From Chlamydiales bacterium (GTDB lineage: Bacteria > Chlamydiota > Chlamydiia > Chlamydiales > JAAKFR01): 64,000 bases of DNA. The position numbers and the translations under genes are program-made. The notes beneath the pieces are model-generated. The model was not told where the DNA came from. It saw only the letters and a list, made by a program, of their open reading frames with translations, and searched no databases. This document shows, one piece after another, positions 45,353-54,457 of the stretch. The DNA is taken from contig JAWLBH010000001.1 in assembly GCA_041395025.1 (NCBI GenBank), positions 782,666-846,665 of the forward strand, given 5' to 3'. How positions within the stretch are numbered: the first letter of the stretch is position 1; the number at the start of each line of letters is the position of its first letter.

Positions 45353-46492
45353 CTAGAATCCAATAGATAGACCAGCAGTTAGGCCACCAAAAGAAAGGCC
45401 CCCTGTTTGATGAACAATCGCTGAGATTGCATCTGTGCTGCGGAATTCAGTATATTGATTAAATTGCACACCGTTAATCAAATACTGCTGCTCCCATCCA
45501 ATCCGAGCAGATACATTTGTACCCCTAGACATATTTTTAGATGCAACAATTTTTTCCCAGCAAAGGCCTAAAAATAGCTCAAACATTGGATTAGTAGTGA
45601 AAATAATATCTTGAGTCGCAGCACGAATGTCTGCTTGATACTCATTTCGTTGATTGATCGTTGTTTTAGACCAGATAAGATCAATATATGACCATCCTAG
45701 GACACTCAGACCATAGCAAAGATTCCATTGAGTAGATACTCCAGTTCGCAAACCCGTACCCGATAAATTTGCAGTATTTTTGGATAAGACCGGATCTGCA
45801 AGGCTTCCTCCTGAATATAAAACATTCAATCCTTGATCAAGCCAAAGAGCACGGACTCCTATCAAAGAGTTAATTTTCAACTTACTCGAAGGGAAAAATA
45901 TCCGTTCTATTGAAAAGTCCGCGATATTAGTTTGTAGAGAGTACTCTCCTTCAGCAAGAGCTGGCAATGGATTTTGATTAGGATTCATCCATGTTGGATA
46001 CATATACTCACTAGCTAATAAAGTTGGAGTATTTCCATTTCCTGTTGTTTGATAATAGGTCCATTTCCCTGAAAAGAGTAGGTTTCTCAGAGCAGGAATA
46101 AAAACCTTACCTCCAAGTCTTACTCCTGAATTATATTCAGGTTGAAGACGATAAAACTTTCCAGAAGTTAGAACAAGATCAGGGCTTGCCCCTGTTGTCG
46201 CATTGATCACTGCATAAGGCAATTCATCTGAGCGTGTTTGCCAATAGAGATAATCTGCTTCAAAAAGAAAGATTCTAGAGGGACAAGCATTGGGAATGTA
46301 ATTCCCTTCAAAATAACAAGGAGGTTTAACAGCATTGTTATTTTCACGTGCACAAACCATTTCTGATTCATCAAAGCTAGATGCTCGATAATAGCTATCT
46401 AGCATATCAACTTTATCTTCTCGAGCAAAAGCAGGTATTTGCCCATGGAGTCCTAAAATGGTTGCAGCCGTTAATATTAAAAAACGGAACAT
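45353..46492 (-). CDS. Outer-membrane beta-barrel protein, chlamydia-like/Legionella-type MOMP family candidate (paralog A)
   Basis: Signal peptide MFRFLILTAATILGLHGQIPAFA. Alternating amphipathic beta-strand pattern. The C-terminus ends ...GGLTAGLSIGF (terminal aromatic). It carries the FEADYLYWQ motif and an N-terminal Cys cluster. It is a paralog of the adjacent gene. Confidence 0.75.
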   Translation of the reverse strand: MFRFLILTAATILGLHGQIPAFAREDKVDMLDSYYRASSFDESEMVCARENNNAVKPPCYFEGNYIPNACPSRIFLFEADYLYWQTRSDELPYAVINATTGASPDLVLTSGKFYRLQPEYNSGVRLGGKVFIPALRNLLFSGKWTYYQTTGNGNTPTLLASEYMYPTWMNPNQNPLPALAEGEYSLQTNIADFSIERIFFPSSKLKINSLIGVRALWLDQGLNVLYSGGSLADPVLSKNTANLSGTGLRTGVSTQWNLCYGLSVLGWSYIDLIWSKTTINQRNEYQADIRAATQDIIFTTNPMFELFLGLCWEKIVASKNMSRGTNVSARIGWEQQYLINGVQFNQYTEFRSTDAISAIVHQTGGLSFGGLTAGLSIGF

Positions 46493-46504
46493 ACAAAACC
46501 TCCT

Positions 46505-47632
46505 TTAATATTCGATGGATAACCCAACAGTCAAACCACCTAGAGCTACGTTCCCTGTTTGATAGATATTAAGTAGATCTTCTTGACCAGTAAATTGGGT
46601 GTATCTATTAAATTGTATTGCATTTAAGAATACTTGCTCTTCCCAACCGATTCGAGCACGCATATTTGTGCACCAAAGAGGGCTTTCCCATGAGAGTCCT
46701 AAAAACAATTCAAAAACGGGATTGAAGGTACGAGAATCAGTCTTCATGATACTATTAGTATCACCGCCATAGATATTGTCTTGATGAACTTTCACTTTTG
46801 ACCATAAAAGATCGATGTAGGACCATCCTAGTATGCTCCAACCACACCCCATATTCCATTCAGTAGATAGACCAGTTCTCAATCCACCTCCTAATAATCT
46901 ATTCTCATTGTGAGCATATAATGGACTTAGTGTAAAATCTCCTCCTGAATAGGTGACGTTTAAATCTTGATTCATCCAGAGACAACGTGCTCCAACCAAA
47001 GGAGTAATTGTCAGTTCATTAGAAGCAAATAGATTGTGTTCAAGAGAAAAATCTGCAATATTTACAACCATATTATACTTTGCATTTCCTATATTAGAAA
47101 TCGCCGTTTTAGCAGGATTGGTCCAAGGAGACATCAAGTACTTATTTGAACCGCCAACAGCTCTTCCATCTCCTGCTGTAGCATAATAGGTCCATCTAGC
47201 TGAAAACAAAACTCTATCTACATAAGGAATAGGAAGACCGATTCCTAGTCTTACTCCAGATTTACTTTCAGGATTAACTTGATAACGATCTCCAGCTTCT
47301 ACTCTAACATCAGGATCCACACCGGATGTTGTCCATACAAAACCATAGGTCAAATCATCAACACGTGCTTGCCAATAGAGATAATCTGCTTCAAAAAGAA
47401 AGGATATTGAAGGGAAACTATTACAATTATAAGACGATGAGTCGTCACAGCAATAAAGCGATTTCGCACCATTCGTTTGATTAGGATTCCGTGCACATAA
47501 AGCTTCTGGTGTATTTAGACTTGAAGCATCGTAATAAACATTTTCATCAGGAATAACTTCTCGAGCAAGAGCAGGTGCTTGCCCATGGATTCCTAAAACT
47601 ACTACACCCGTTAATACCAAAAAACGGAACAT
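46505..47632 (-). CDS. Outer-membrane beta-barrel protein, same family (paralog B)
   Basis: Signal peptide MFRFLVLTGVVVLGIHGQAPALA. The C-terminus ends ...GGLTVGLSIEY. It aligns with paralog A along its whole length and shares a 34-nt identical DNA block with it. Its N-terminal Cys cluster is richer (CARN..YCCDDSSSYNC). Confidence 0.75.
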   Translation of the reverse strand: MFRFLVLTGVVVLGIHGQAPALAREVIPDENVYYDASSLNTPEALCARNPNQTNGAKSLYCCDDSSSYNCNSFPSISFLFEADYLYWQARVDDLTYGFVWTTSGVDPDVRVEAGDRYQVNPESKSGVRLGIGLPIPYVDRVLFSARWTYYATAGDGRAVGGSNKYLMSPWTNPAKTAISNIGNAKYNMVVNIADFSLEHNLFASNELTITPLVGARCLWMNQDLNVTYSGGDFTLSPLYAHNENRLLGGGLRTGLSTEWNMGCGWSILGWSYIDLLWSKVKVHQDNIYGGDTNSIMKTDSRTFNPVFELFLGLSWESPLWCTNMRARIGWEEQVFLNAIQFNRYTQFTGQEDLLNIYQTGNVALGGLTVGLSIEY

Positions 47633-47700
47633 AAAAAGCCTCCTTCTTTATATAAAATCTCTTATTGCCCACTTATACAAAAGGTGATTTTTAAAAGCAT

Positions 47701-49011
47701 TTATTTTTTTTGATAGGCTTTACTACGGAGTTGAAGTTGCAATGGAGTACCTAAATAACCATATTTTTTCCGAAGTTGATTGGTTAAATAACGCTTATAA
47801 GAATGGGAAATGAGGGAGGGATGGTTAATGAATAGAATAAATCGAGGAGGCTGAATAGCAATTTGTGTCATGTAGTAAACGCGTAGGCGTTTTCCATGAA
47901 TGGCGGGTGGAGGATTGATGGCTAATGTATCTTTGAGAAAAAGATTTAATTGATGGGTAGAGACGCGATATTTAGAAGCTTTGATCACAGTTTCGATTTG
48001 AGGGAAAATACGATGAAGATTGTTTTTATATTTTGCTGAAATGAAAAGCACAGGACAATGGCTTAAGAAAGGTACCTGTTGGTATAGAGCACGAAGACAG
48101 TGTTCCGATCGAAATCCTTTCACTAAGTCCCATTTATTCATTAGAACAATACAACTTTTCCCAGCTTTTTCAATCCGCTGAACAATCTGCTTTTCTTGAG
48201 TTGTCATCCCCTCAGATCCATCAAGGACTAATAAACAGAGATCACAACGTTCAATTGCCCCTTCTGTGCGTATCGTAGCAAATTTTTCAACAGCTGTATG
48301 CTCAGATTTTTTACGTCGCACTCCAGCAGTATCAATGAGAATATACTCTTTCCCATCAAACTGAATAGGAATGTCAATACTATCACGAGTTGTTCCTCGT
48401 ATAGAACTCGCAAGAGATCTCTCTTCATTGACCAGAGCATTGACTAATGTAGATTTACCTACATTTGTTCGACCAATAATCGCAATATGATCTTTATGAT
48501 AGATCAAGCTCTCTTGTGTTAGAGAAAATCCTTTCCATGCAATCTCAAGAAGCTCAGCGATCTGATAGCCATGGACTGCAGAAACAGGAACGATGTTGGA
48601 AATTCCAAGAGAATAAAAACGGTGTAATCGATCTTGTTCGGCTAGATTATCAATTTTATTGATGGCTAATGTAAGAGGCTTTCCAGTTTTTAAAAGAAAC
48701 CGAGCAATTGATTGATCGATTTCAGTGATTCCCACCTGTCCATCAACTACCATGATTAATGTGTCAGCTTCAAGAATGGCATTTTCCGCTTGTTTGCGGA
48801 TTTGATCATAAAATCTATCAGATGATCCAAGATCAATTCCTCCAGTATCAATGACTTCAAAAGACATACCAAATAAATTGGCTTGTCCATAAAGACGATC
48901 GCGGGTACTTCCTTCTACTTCATCTACAATGGCGATCCGTTTATTGCAGAATTTATTGAAAAGAGAAGATTTACCGACATTCGGTCTACCAATAATCGCA
49001 AGCTTAAACAT
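47701..49011 (-). CDS. der: Ribosome-associated GTPase Der (EngA), tandem GTPase domains plus KH-like domain
   Basis: Two G domains are present (GRPNVGKSSLFN...DTGG...NKID and GRTNVGKSTLVN...DTAG...NKWD). Start moved to ATG 49011 (MFKLAIIGRPN); the track start is a TTG 18 codons upstream. Confidence 0.95.
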   Translation of the reverse strand: MFKLAIIGRPNVGKSSLFNKFCNKRIAIVDEVEGSTRDRLYGQANLFGMSFEVIDTGGIDLGSSDRFYDQIRKQAENAILEADTLIMVVDGQVGITEIDQSIARFLLKTGKPLTLAINKIDNLAEQDRLHRFYSLGISNIVPVSAVHGYQIAELLEIAWKGFSLTQESLIYHKDHIAIIGRTNVGKSTLVNALVNEERSLASSIRGTTRDSIDIPIQFDGKEYILIDTAGVRRKKSEHTAVEKFATIRTEGAIERCDLCLLVLDGSEGMTTQEKQIVQRIEKAGKSCIVLMNKWDLVKGFRSEHCLRALYQQVPFLSHCPVLFISAKYKNNLHRIFPQIETVIKASKYRVSTHQLNLFLKDTLAINPPPAIHGKRLRVYYMTQIAIQPPRFILFINHPSLISHSYKRYLTNQLRKKYGYLGTPLQLQLRSKAYQKK

Positions 49012-49194
49012 AAAACACTTTGTCTGTTCTTCTAGATTTAAAAATTCTCTCAGCCATTCTTTCAATGTTTAATTAAGCAAATAGCTAAAACTCCTTCTTA
49101 GATGAAAATTAAAAGAGAGAAAAAGCTGAGTATTAGCTGCCTAAAAATAAGAGAGGGTTGAAAAATTATAATAGAATCGTATTAATTTGAAAAT

Positions 49195-50973
49195 ATGTTG
49201 ATGCGACCTGTGGATTTCTTTCCGTTTTTTGAGGATTTAAAAAAATATAAATTAAAATTTTTAAAACAAGATCTTATCGCAGCAATTTCAGTTGCATTGA
49301 TGGCTTTACCACAGAGCATGGCTTATGCTTTCTTAGCTGGTCTGCCGACTTCCATGGGGATTTGGTCAGTAATTTTCGGAGTGATTTTTACAGCGAGTTT
49401 TGGCCAGTCTCGTTTTCTTGTCTCAGGAACCACGAATATGGTGGCAATTTTAATGCAATCTGGAATCTCTGAAATTCTCTATACGTATTACCCCGGTATT
49501 CATGGGCAAGCGCGTGATGTTTTAGCTTCAAACATTGCCATTGAAATCATCCTAATCATTGGAATTTTCCAGTGTATAGCTGGGTTGTTAAGACTGGGAA
49601 GATTAACTGAGTTTACAAGTCGATCCGTAGTTATGGGATATATTTCTGGGGGTGCTGCCACTATTGTAGTGACACAGCTTTTCCCTTTTTTTGGGATTAA
49701 GGAAATGGATCAATATCAGCCGCTCTATCAACAAGCTTGGTTTTTCATTGAAAAAATACACAATCTATACGTACCTACGATCCTACTATCAATAAGTTCT
49801 TTGATACTATTAATTATTTTCCACCGGATATCTGTAAAAATTCCAGGAGCAGCAGTTGTTTTTTTATTAGCTGGTAGTATAACATTTTTTTTTCATCTTG
49901 CTCCAGAAGCGTCTAAAAGCATTTTTGAGATTTCTCCAGGTCATCGGATTGGACGTATTGTCTTATTACAAGATTTTAGTTTTCTCTCTTTTGATGTTCC
50001 AAGATTCTCTATCCCTTTTTTTCATTTTCGGATTTTCACGAAAATCATTCCATTAGCTTTTGCTATTGCGCTTTTGAGTGTGATTGAAGCCACGACAATT
50101 GGACGTAATTATACAAGTTCAAAAGATTCTACATATGATAGTAATCAAGAGATTTATGGGCTAGGGGTTAGCAATTGCTTTTCTTCTTTTTTGTATGCCA
50201 TGCCTAGCTCAGGGAGTTTTTCAAGAAGTGCACTCAATATAGGTTCAGGAGCTTGCACCCGTTTTTCTGCAATTATGAGTGGTTTATTAGCTTTTCTATT
50301 TATTGGATTATTTGGATTTCTTGTAAATAAGATTCCTATAAGTACGTTGAGCGCACTGATGATTTTTGTAGCTTATAATATGATTAATTTTAAAGATTTT
50401 TTCATCTGTTTACGTGCTACACGTGGGGATGCATTTGTTCTTCTTTCTACATTTTTATCTAGTATGATTTTTACTCTTGATATTACCCTTTATATAGGGG
50501 TGGTTTTATCAGTGGTGATTTATTTAAAAAGAGCAGCTATCCCTTATCTTATTGATTATGCATTTAATAATTTTGGCAAATTACGTCCTCTTGAGGCTAA
50601 AGAGGAACGTCCCGATCCTCGTATCTGTATTTTACAACCAGAAGGAGAATTATTTTTCGGAGCGGCTGATCTTCTGCAAGCTAAACTAAGAGATATCTCC
50701 GAAGACGATTCAATTAAAATCCTCATTCTTCAACTACTCAATACGCGTTATATTGATGCTTCAATTTGTCTCATGCTAAGAGAGCTACTCAACTACTTAA
50801 AGGCAACAGGCAAAAAGTTATTGATCAGCGGAATTTCAACAGAGGTATGGAAAACATTAGAAGATTCACAATTTATCAACGAGATTGGGAAAGAAAATCT
50901 TTTCCCAGCTAATGAGCAACTTCCAAGTGAACCAACTCGTAATGCTTATAAACTCGCGAAAGATTATATTTGA
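49195..50973 (+). CDS. SulP-family anion permease with C-terminal STAS domain
   Basis: Polytopic N-terminal domain with SulP-like segments (LPQSMAYAFLAGLP; IEATTIGRNY) and a C-terminal STAS-like domain (ICILQPEGELFFGAADLL...LLISGIS). Confidence 0.85.
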   Translation: MLMRPVDFFPFFEDLKKYKLKFLKQDLIAAISVALMALPQSMAYAFLAGLPTSMGIWSVIFGVIFTASFGQSRFLVSGTTNMVAILMQSGISEILYTYYPGIHGQARDVLASNIAIEIILIIGIFQCIAGLLRLGRLTEFTSRSVVMGYISGGAATIVVTQLFPFFGIKEMDQYQPLYQQAWFFIEKIHNLYVPTILLSISSLILLIIFHRISVKIPGAAVVFLLAGSITFFFHLAPEASKSIFEISPGHRIGRIVLLQDFSFLSFDVPRFSIPFFHFRIFTKIIPLAFAIALLSVIEATTIGRNYTSSKDSTYDSNQEIYGLGVSNCFSSFLYAMPSSGSFSRSALNIGSGACTRFSAIMSGLLAFLFIGLFGFLVNKIPISTLSALMIFVAYNMINFKDFFICLRATRGDAFVLLSTFLSSMIFTLDITLYIGVVLSVVIYLKRAAIPYLIDYAFNNFGKLRPLEAKEERPDPRICILQPEGELFFGAADLLQAKLRDISEDDSIKILILQLLNTRYIDASICLMLRELLNYLKATGKKLLISGISTEVWKTLEDSQFINEIGKENLFPANEQLPSEPTRNAYKLAKDYI

Positions 50974-50981
50974 TTAATCTA

Positions 50982-51380
50982 TTATTGAAGCAAGTCTATT
51001 TTCAGTTGAATCCCCTCTTTTTTTATGTTTTTGTAAATCCAAGTTTCATTGTTTTCACGCATCAAACGGTCACAACCCATGGAAATGCCACGAAAGACAC
51101 CATATTTTTGAATTGCTTCAAATGTATACTGAGAACTACTTGGATAGAAACTACTTCTTGGGCCGTCAATTGGAGAGATATAATTTTGGAAAAAACGAAT
51201 CAAACCTTTACAAATACTTCTCCCATAATAGATCTTAGAGTTTTGGTTTTGTGTATCTTCCCGTTTTATGTAAACGAATTCAGAATCTATTCCCCATGGT
51301 TCAGAAAATGATTCGATATAATTTCCTTTTAATGGGAGAAAAAATAAAGAGTTTATTAAGAAAAAAAATATCAATTTCAT
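50982..51380 (-). CDS. YidD-like (DUF37) membrane protein insertion efficiency factor homolog, divergent
   Basis: The core LIRFFQNYISPIDGPRSSFYPSSSQYTFEAIQKYGVFRGISMGCDRLMRE follows the YidD pattern (YQ..ISP....C.F.P.CS.Y..EA....G). The usual Cys residues are replaced by Ser. It also has an extra N-terminal signal-like segment. Confidence 0.6.
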   Translation of the reverse strand: MKLIFFFLINSLFFLPLKGNYIESFSEPWGIDSEFVYIKREDTQNQNSKIYYGRSICKGLIRFFQNYISPIDGPRSSFYPSSSQYTFEAIQKYGVFRGISMGCDRLMRENNETWIYKNIKKEGIQLKIDLLQ

Positions 51381-51426
51381 AATTCATTGGACGATTATCT
51401 TTAGATAAACAAAAATAAATAATAAA

Positions 51427-51843
51427 GTGGAAACCTTTTTTGCAAGGATAGATTTGCTTAAGCAGCTTATAGATCAATTAAGTTTAGATTTGGAAGAGCC
51501 GCTGAATGCAAATCATGATGGTTCTTATTCTCTTTATTTCGAACCAGACTTGGAGCTTTCTGTAAGAGAAAATATTGACTTAACTATTTCTTTCTTTACA
51601 GTGCTTAGTCTTTTACCCGAAGCAAAAACAGAGGCTTTTTTACTGAAAATGATGGTAGGTAATCTTTTTGGTCGTGAGACGGGGGGAAGTATTCTGGGAT
51701 TGACTAAAGATGGAAAGAAGATTACCTTTTTAAGGTTTCTACCTAAAGATTTGGATTATAAAGATTTTCATGATTACCTTGAGGACTTTTTGAACTATGC
51801 GGAAGCGTGGAAAATTGAAGCAACTGAATTTATTAAATCATAA
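51427..51843 (+). CDS. Class I T3SS chaperone (CesT/SycE-like fold), Scc4 (CT663) position
   Basis: 138 aa, acidic, with the typical small-chaperone layout. It lies immediately upstream of sctD, as in Chlamydia from memory. GTG start. Confidence 0.65.
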   Translation: METFFARIDLLKQLIDQLSLDLEEPLNANHDGSYSLYFEPDLELSVRENIDLTISFFTVLSLLPEAKTEAFLLKMMVGNLFGRETGGSILGLTKDGKKITFLRFLPKDLDYKDFHDYLEDFLNYAEAWKIEATEFIKS

Positions 51844-51870
51844 ACTCGGTAAATGATTAGGTAATAAATA

Positions 51871-53895
51871 ATGAATGCTGAATTTGTCGCCGAAGAAGGA
51901 GTTTTAAAGGGATTGATTCTTTCTCTTGAAGATGGTCAAGAGTGGTCATTTGGTTCTGATCCTGATCAGGTGACCATTGTGATTGAAGATCCAAAAGTCT
52001 CACCTAAACATTTTATCTGTTATAAAACTCCAGAAGGTTATTTCATTGAAAATTTAAGTCAAGAATCTCCTACTTTACTTAACAATGCTGCTTTTTCATC
52101 TCGTAAGCAACTGCAAGCTGGCGATAAAGTGGGTGTTGGTAAGACAATTTTTCAATTTTATCCTGAAGGAGCTCTTAGTAAATATGCCTTTGAACCCGAA
52201 TATGCCTTTGAATCAGAGACTCCTTTTTTAGATTCTGAGGAAGAAGGGGAACCTTTCCTTAAAGAAGAGGATAAAAACTTGGATCAGACTTCTTCTCCTG
52301 TTGACCAGGAAGAAATAGATGAGGAAGAGGAGAATCGAAATGACCAAGAAGAGAGTCGGAATGATAGGGGAATAGAGTATTCAAATGACTCAGATGAAGA
52401 AATCGCAAAAGAGGCCATGGAAGATGGCGATGCAGAATATAAAGAAGAATTATCTTATCCAATCGATTCGAGTGGTAAACAAGAAGATTTAGCTAGAGAA
52501 GAGATCTTCAGACAAGTAGAAGATTCTGAGGTGATGATAGACCTCACTCCCACCACTCGATTTTTGATTAAAGTGATCTCAGGTCCAAATACAGGAGCTG
52601 AATTTGCCCTTGAATTAGAGCATAAGTATTTGATTGGAACTGATTCAGAAACCTGTGATTTGGTATTTAATGATTTAAGTGTATCGAGAGAACATGCGCG
52701 TCTTCTATTGAATGAAGATGGAGAAATTTTTATAGAAGATCTAGGAAGCCGTAATGGAGTTATCGTTGATAATGAGAGAATTGTAAATTCTACCCAACTA
52801 TTTGCAAATGTCGTAGTTGCTTTGGGAACTTCAGCTTTTCTTTTAATCGATAAAGAAGCTCCTTCTGAAACAATTGTCACTCAAGTTTTTGAAACATCTC
52901 AAAAGAAAAAAGAAGAGGTTCTAGAAGAGGGGACTCATCAAGAGAGTAATCCTTCTTTACCCATTAAACAATCTTTAAATCCTCTTGCACATGGTTCACT
53001 TATCCTCGCCTTGTTTATTGCGGGCTTAGCTGTTTTATTTGGAATCGGGATGGTCTCTTTATTGCAAACAAGCGAGGTGATCATTGAGAAACAGGATTAT
53101 CCAAAAGAAATCCAAGAGATACTTAAAGACTATCCAGCCATTCAATATACCTATAATCCTTTGAGTGGAAAGCTTTTTTTGATGGGACATGTCAGAACAG
53201 GTGTTGAGATGAATGAGTTATTATATAAGATCAAGAATTTAATCTTTATTCATGGTCTGGAAAATAATATTGTCAACGATGAGGCTGTTTGGCAAGAGAT
53301 GAATATTTTACTCTCAAAAATTTCCCAGTTCAAAGGGGTCAGTATGCATTCTCCCCAGGCTGGGATATTTATCATTTCTGGTTATTTAAAAACCCATTTA
53401 CAAGCGAGTAACCTGATTGACTATCTCAATATTAACTTCAATTATCCTAACCTTTTGGAAAATCATGTGTTTGTTGAAGAACAAATTATTCAAGACGTCA
53501 GTGCTCAATTGATTCAGCATGGGTTTGGAGCAGTCACACCTGCTTTTTCCACGGGTGAGTTATTGCTAACAGGTTATATTAATTCAACACAAACATATGA
53601 ATATAAAAGTTTGGTTGATGCATTTGAAAAGATTTTAGGTATACGTTCCATAAAGAACTTTGTAGTGGCAGTCTCATCTGAGCAGGGTTTAATCGATTTG
53701 AATAGGCGTTATCCGAATAAGTATCGTGTTACAGGTTTTTCAAAACATGGAGATGTAAATATTAATGTTGTGATTAATGGGCGCATTTTAACAAGAGGAG
53801 ATCAAATTGATTTAATGACCATTACAAGTATTCAACCTCATGCAATTTTTCTTGAAAAGGATGGTTTAAAATATAAGATCGAGTACAACAAATAA
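51871..53895 (+). CDS. sctD: T3SS inner-membrane ring protein SctD (CdsD) with two FHA domains
   Basis: FHA1 spans approx aa 1-100 (WSFGSDPDQVTIVIEDPKVSPKHF...IENLSQESPTLLNN). An acidic linker follows. FHA2 is YLIGTDSETCDLVFNDLSVSREHARLLLNEDGEIFIEDLGSRNGVIV. The TM is LILALFIAGLAVLFGIGMVSLL, followed by a periplasmic YscD-like domain. Confidence 0.88.
   Translation: MNAEFVAEEGVLKGLILSLEDGQEWSFGSDPDQVTIVIEDPKVSPKHFICYKTPEGYFIENLSQESPTLLNNAAFSSRKQLQAGDKVGVGKTIFQFYPEGALSKYAFEPEYAFESETPFLDSEEEGEPFLKEEDKNLDQTSSPVDQEEIDEEEENRNDQEESRNDRGIEYSNDSDEEIAKEAMEDGDAEYKEELSYPIDSSGKQEDLAREEIFRQVEDSEVMIDLTPTTRFLIKVISGPNTGAEFALELEHKYLIGTDSETCDLVFNDLSVSREHARLLLNEDGEIFIEDLGSRNGVIVDNERIVNSTQLFANVVVALGTSAFLLIDKEAPSETIVTQVFETSQKKKEEVLEEGTHQESNPSLPIKQSLNPLAHGSLILALFIAGLAVLFGIGMVSLLQTSEVIIEKQDYPKEIQEILKDYPAIQYTYNPLSGKLFLMGHVRTGVEMNELLYKIKNLIFIHGLENNIVNDEAVWQEMNILLSKISQFKGVSMHSPQAGIFIISGYLKTHLQASNLIDYLNINFNYPNLLENHVFVEEQIIQDVSAQLIQHGFGAVTPAFSTGELLLTGYINSTQTYEYKSLVDAFEKILGIRSIKNFVVAVSSEQGLIDLNRRYPNKYRVTGFSKHGDVNINVVINGRILTRGDQIDLMTITSIQPHAIFLEKDGLKYKIEYNK
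52183..52218 (+). repeat. Tandem 18-bp duplication inside the sctD acidic linker (YAFEPE / YAFESE)
   Basis: tatgcctttgaacccgaa (52183-52200) is followed directly by tatgcctttgaatcagag (52201-52218). 15 of 18 nt are identical. Confidence 0.85.
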
Positions 53896-53918
53896 GGTAA
53901 ATTATATATAAGGAAAGA

Positions 53919-54170
53919 ATGATGTTTGGAATGGAAAGTGACAAAAAAAAAATACAATCAGTTGATTATTCCTTTGATTTAGAGGAAGAGTTAAAAGATG
54001 TAGGAAAATTACGTGCTTTAAAAGAGCAAATTGAGGAACGAATTTCACAATTGAAAATTCTTCTTCGTAAAGGAGAAAATAAAAAAAAATTTGATCAATC
54101 GCAAACACTTTTACATGGATATTTAGCTCTTCAGAAAGTGGTTCAGCGTGTAAATAGAAAAGTATTGTAA
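53919..54170 (+). CDS. cdsE: T3SS needle co-chaperone CdsE (YscE-like)
   Basis: 83-aa helical protein between sctD and sctF, matching the D-E-F-G order of Yersinia and Chlamydia. Confidence 0.7.
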   Translation: MMFGMESDKKKIQSVDYSFDLEEELKDVGKLRALKEQIEERISQLKILLRKGENKKKFDQSQTLLHGYLALQKVVQRVNRKVL

Positions 54171-54181
54171 GGAGGAAAGTT

Positions 54182-54436
54182 ATGACGGGTCAAGGTTCGG
54201 CACCATCTTTTGATTTTAATAAGATTCTTAAAGGTTTAGAAAGCTATGTACAGTCTGTTCAAACCTATTTAAATCAGTTAGAGGCCGCAACAGGAGGTAC
54301 AGTCAATTTAGCGACTATGTTTAACATGCAGTTTCATATGCAAATTATGTCACAGTATATTGAAGCAGTCTCGAATGCTTTGAGTGCAGTTCATAATGAA
54401 ATGGTCACAATGGCACGTGCGGTTAAAGGACAATAA
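54182..54436 (+). CDS. sctF: T3SS needle filament protein SctF (CdsF)
   Basis: 84-aa helix-turn-helix protein with a strong SD (AAGGAGG) and a typical needle C-terminus. Confidence 0.85.
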   Translation: MTGQGSAPSFDFNKILKGLESYVQSVQTYLNQLEAATGGTVNLATMFNMQFHMQIMSQYIEAVSNALSAVHNEMVTMARAVKGQ

Positions 54437-54457
54437 TAAATTTAGAGGATTAAGGAT

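Noticed and set aside
49012-49194. Promoter-like TTGAAA-16-TATTAA upstream of the SulP gene
   Set aside because: The -10 element would sit only about 12 nt from the ATG, with no SD. Several equally good matches exist in the same AT-rich spacer, so I did not call it.
50970-51311. 113-aa plus-strand ORF overlapping the sulP stop
   Set aside because: The opposite-strand ORF (50982-51380) has a recognisable YidD-like core and an N-terminal signal-like helix. The plus-strand product has no features and would overlap it completely.
37560-53952. Homopolymeric A/T tracts of about 10 nt inside genes (for example 37560-37569 in psd, 42021-42030 in the SNF2 gene, 53943-53952 in cdsE) as possible phase-variation switches
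   Set aside because: Such tracts recur in many housekeeping genes here and simply encode Lys/Phe runs in an AT-rich genome. They show no enrichment in surface or accessory genes and no frameshifted copies.
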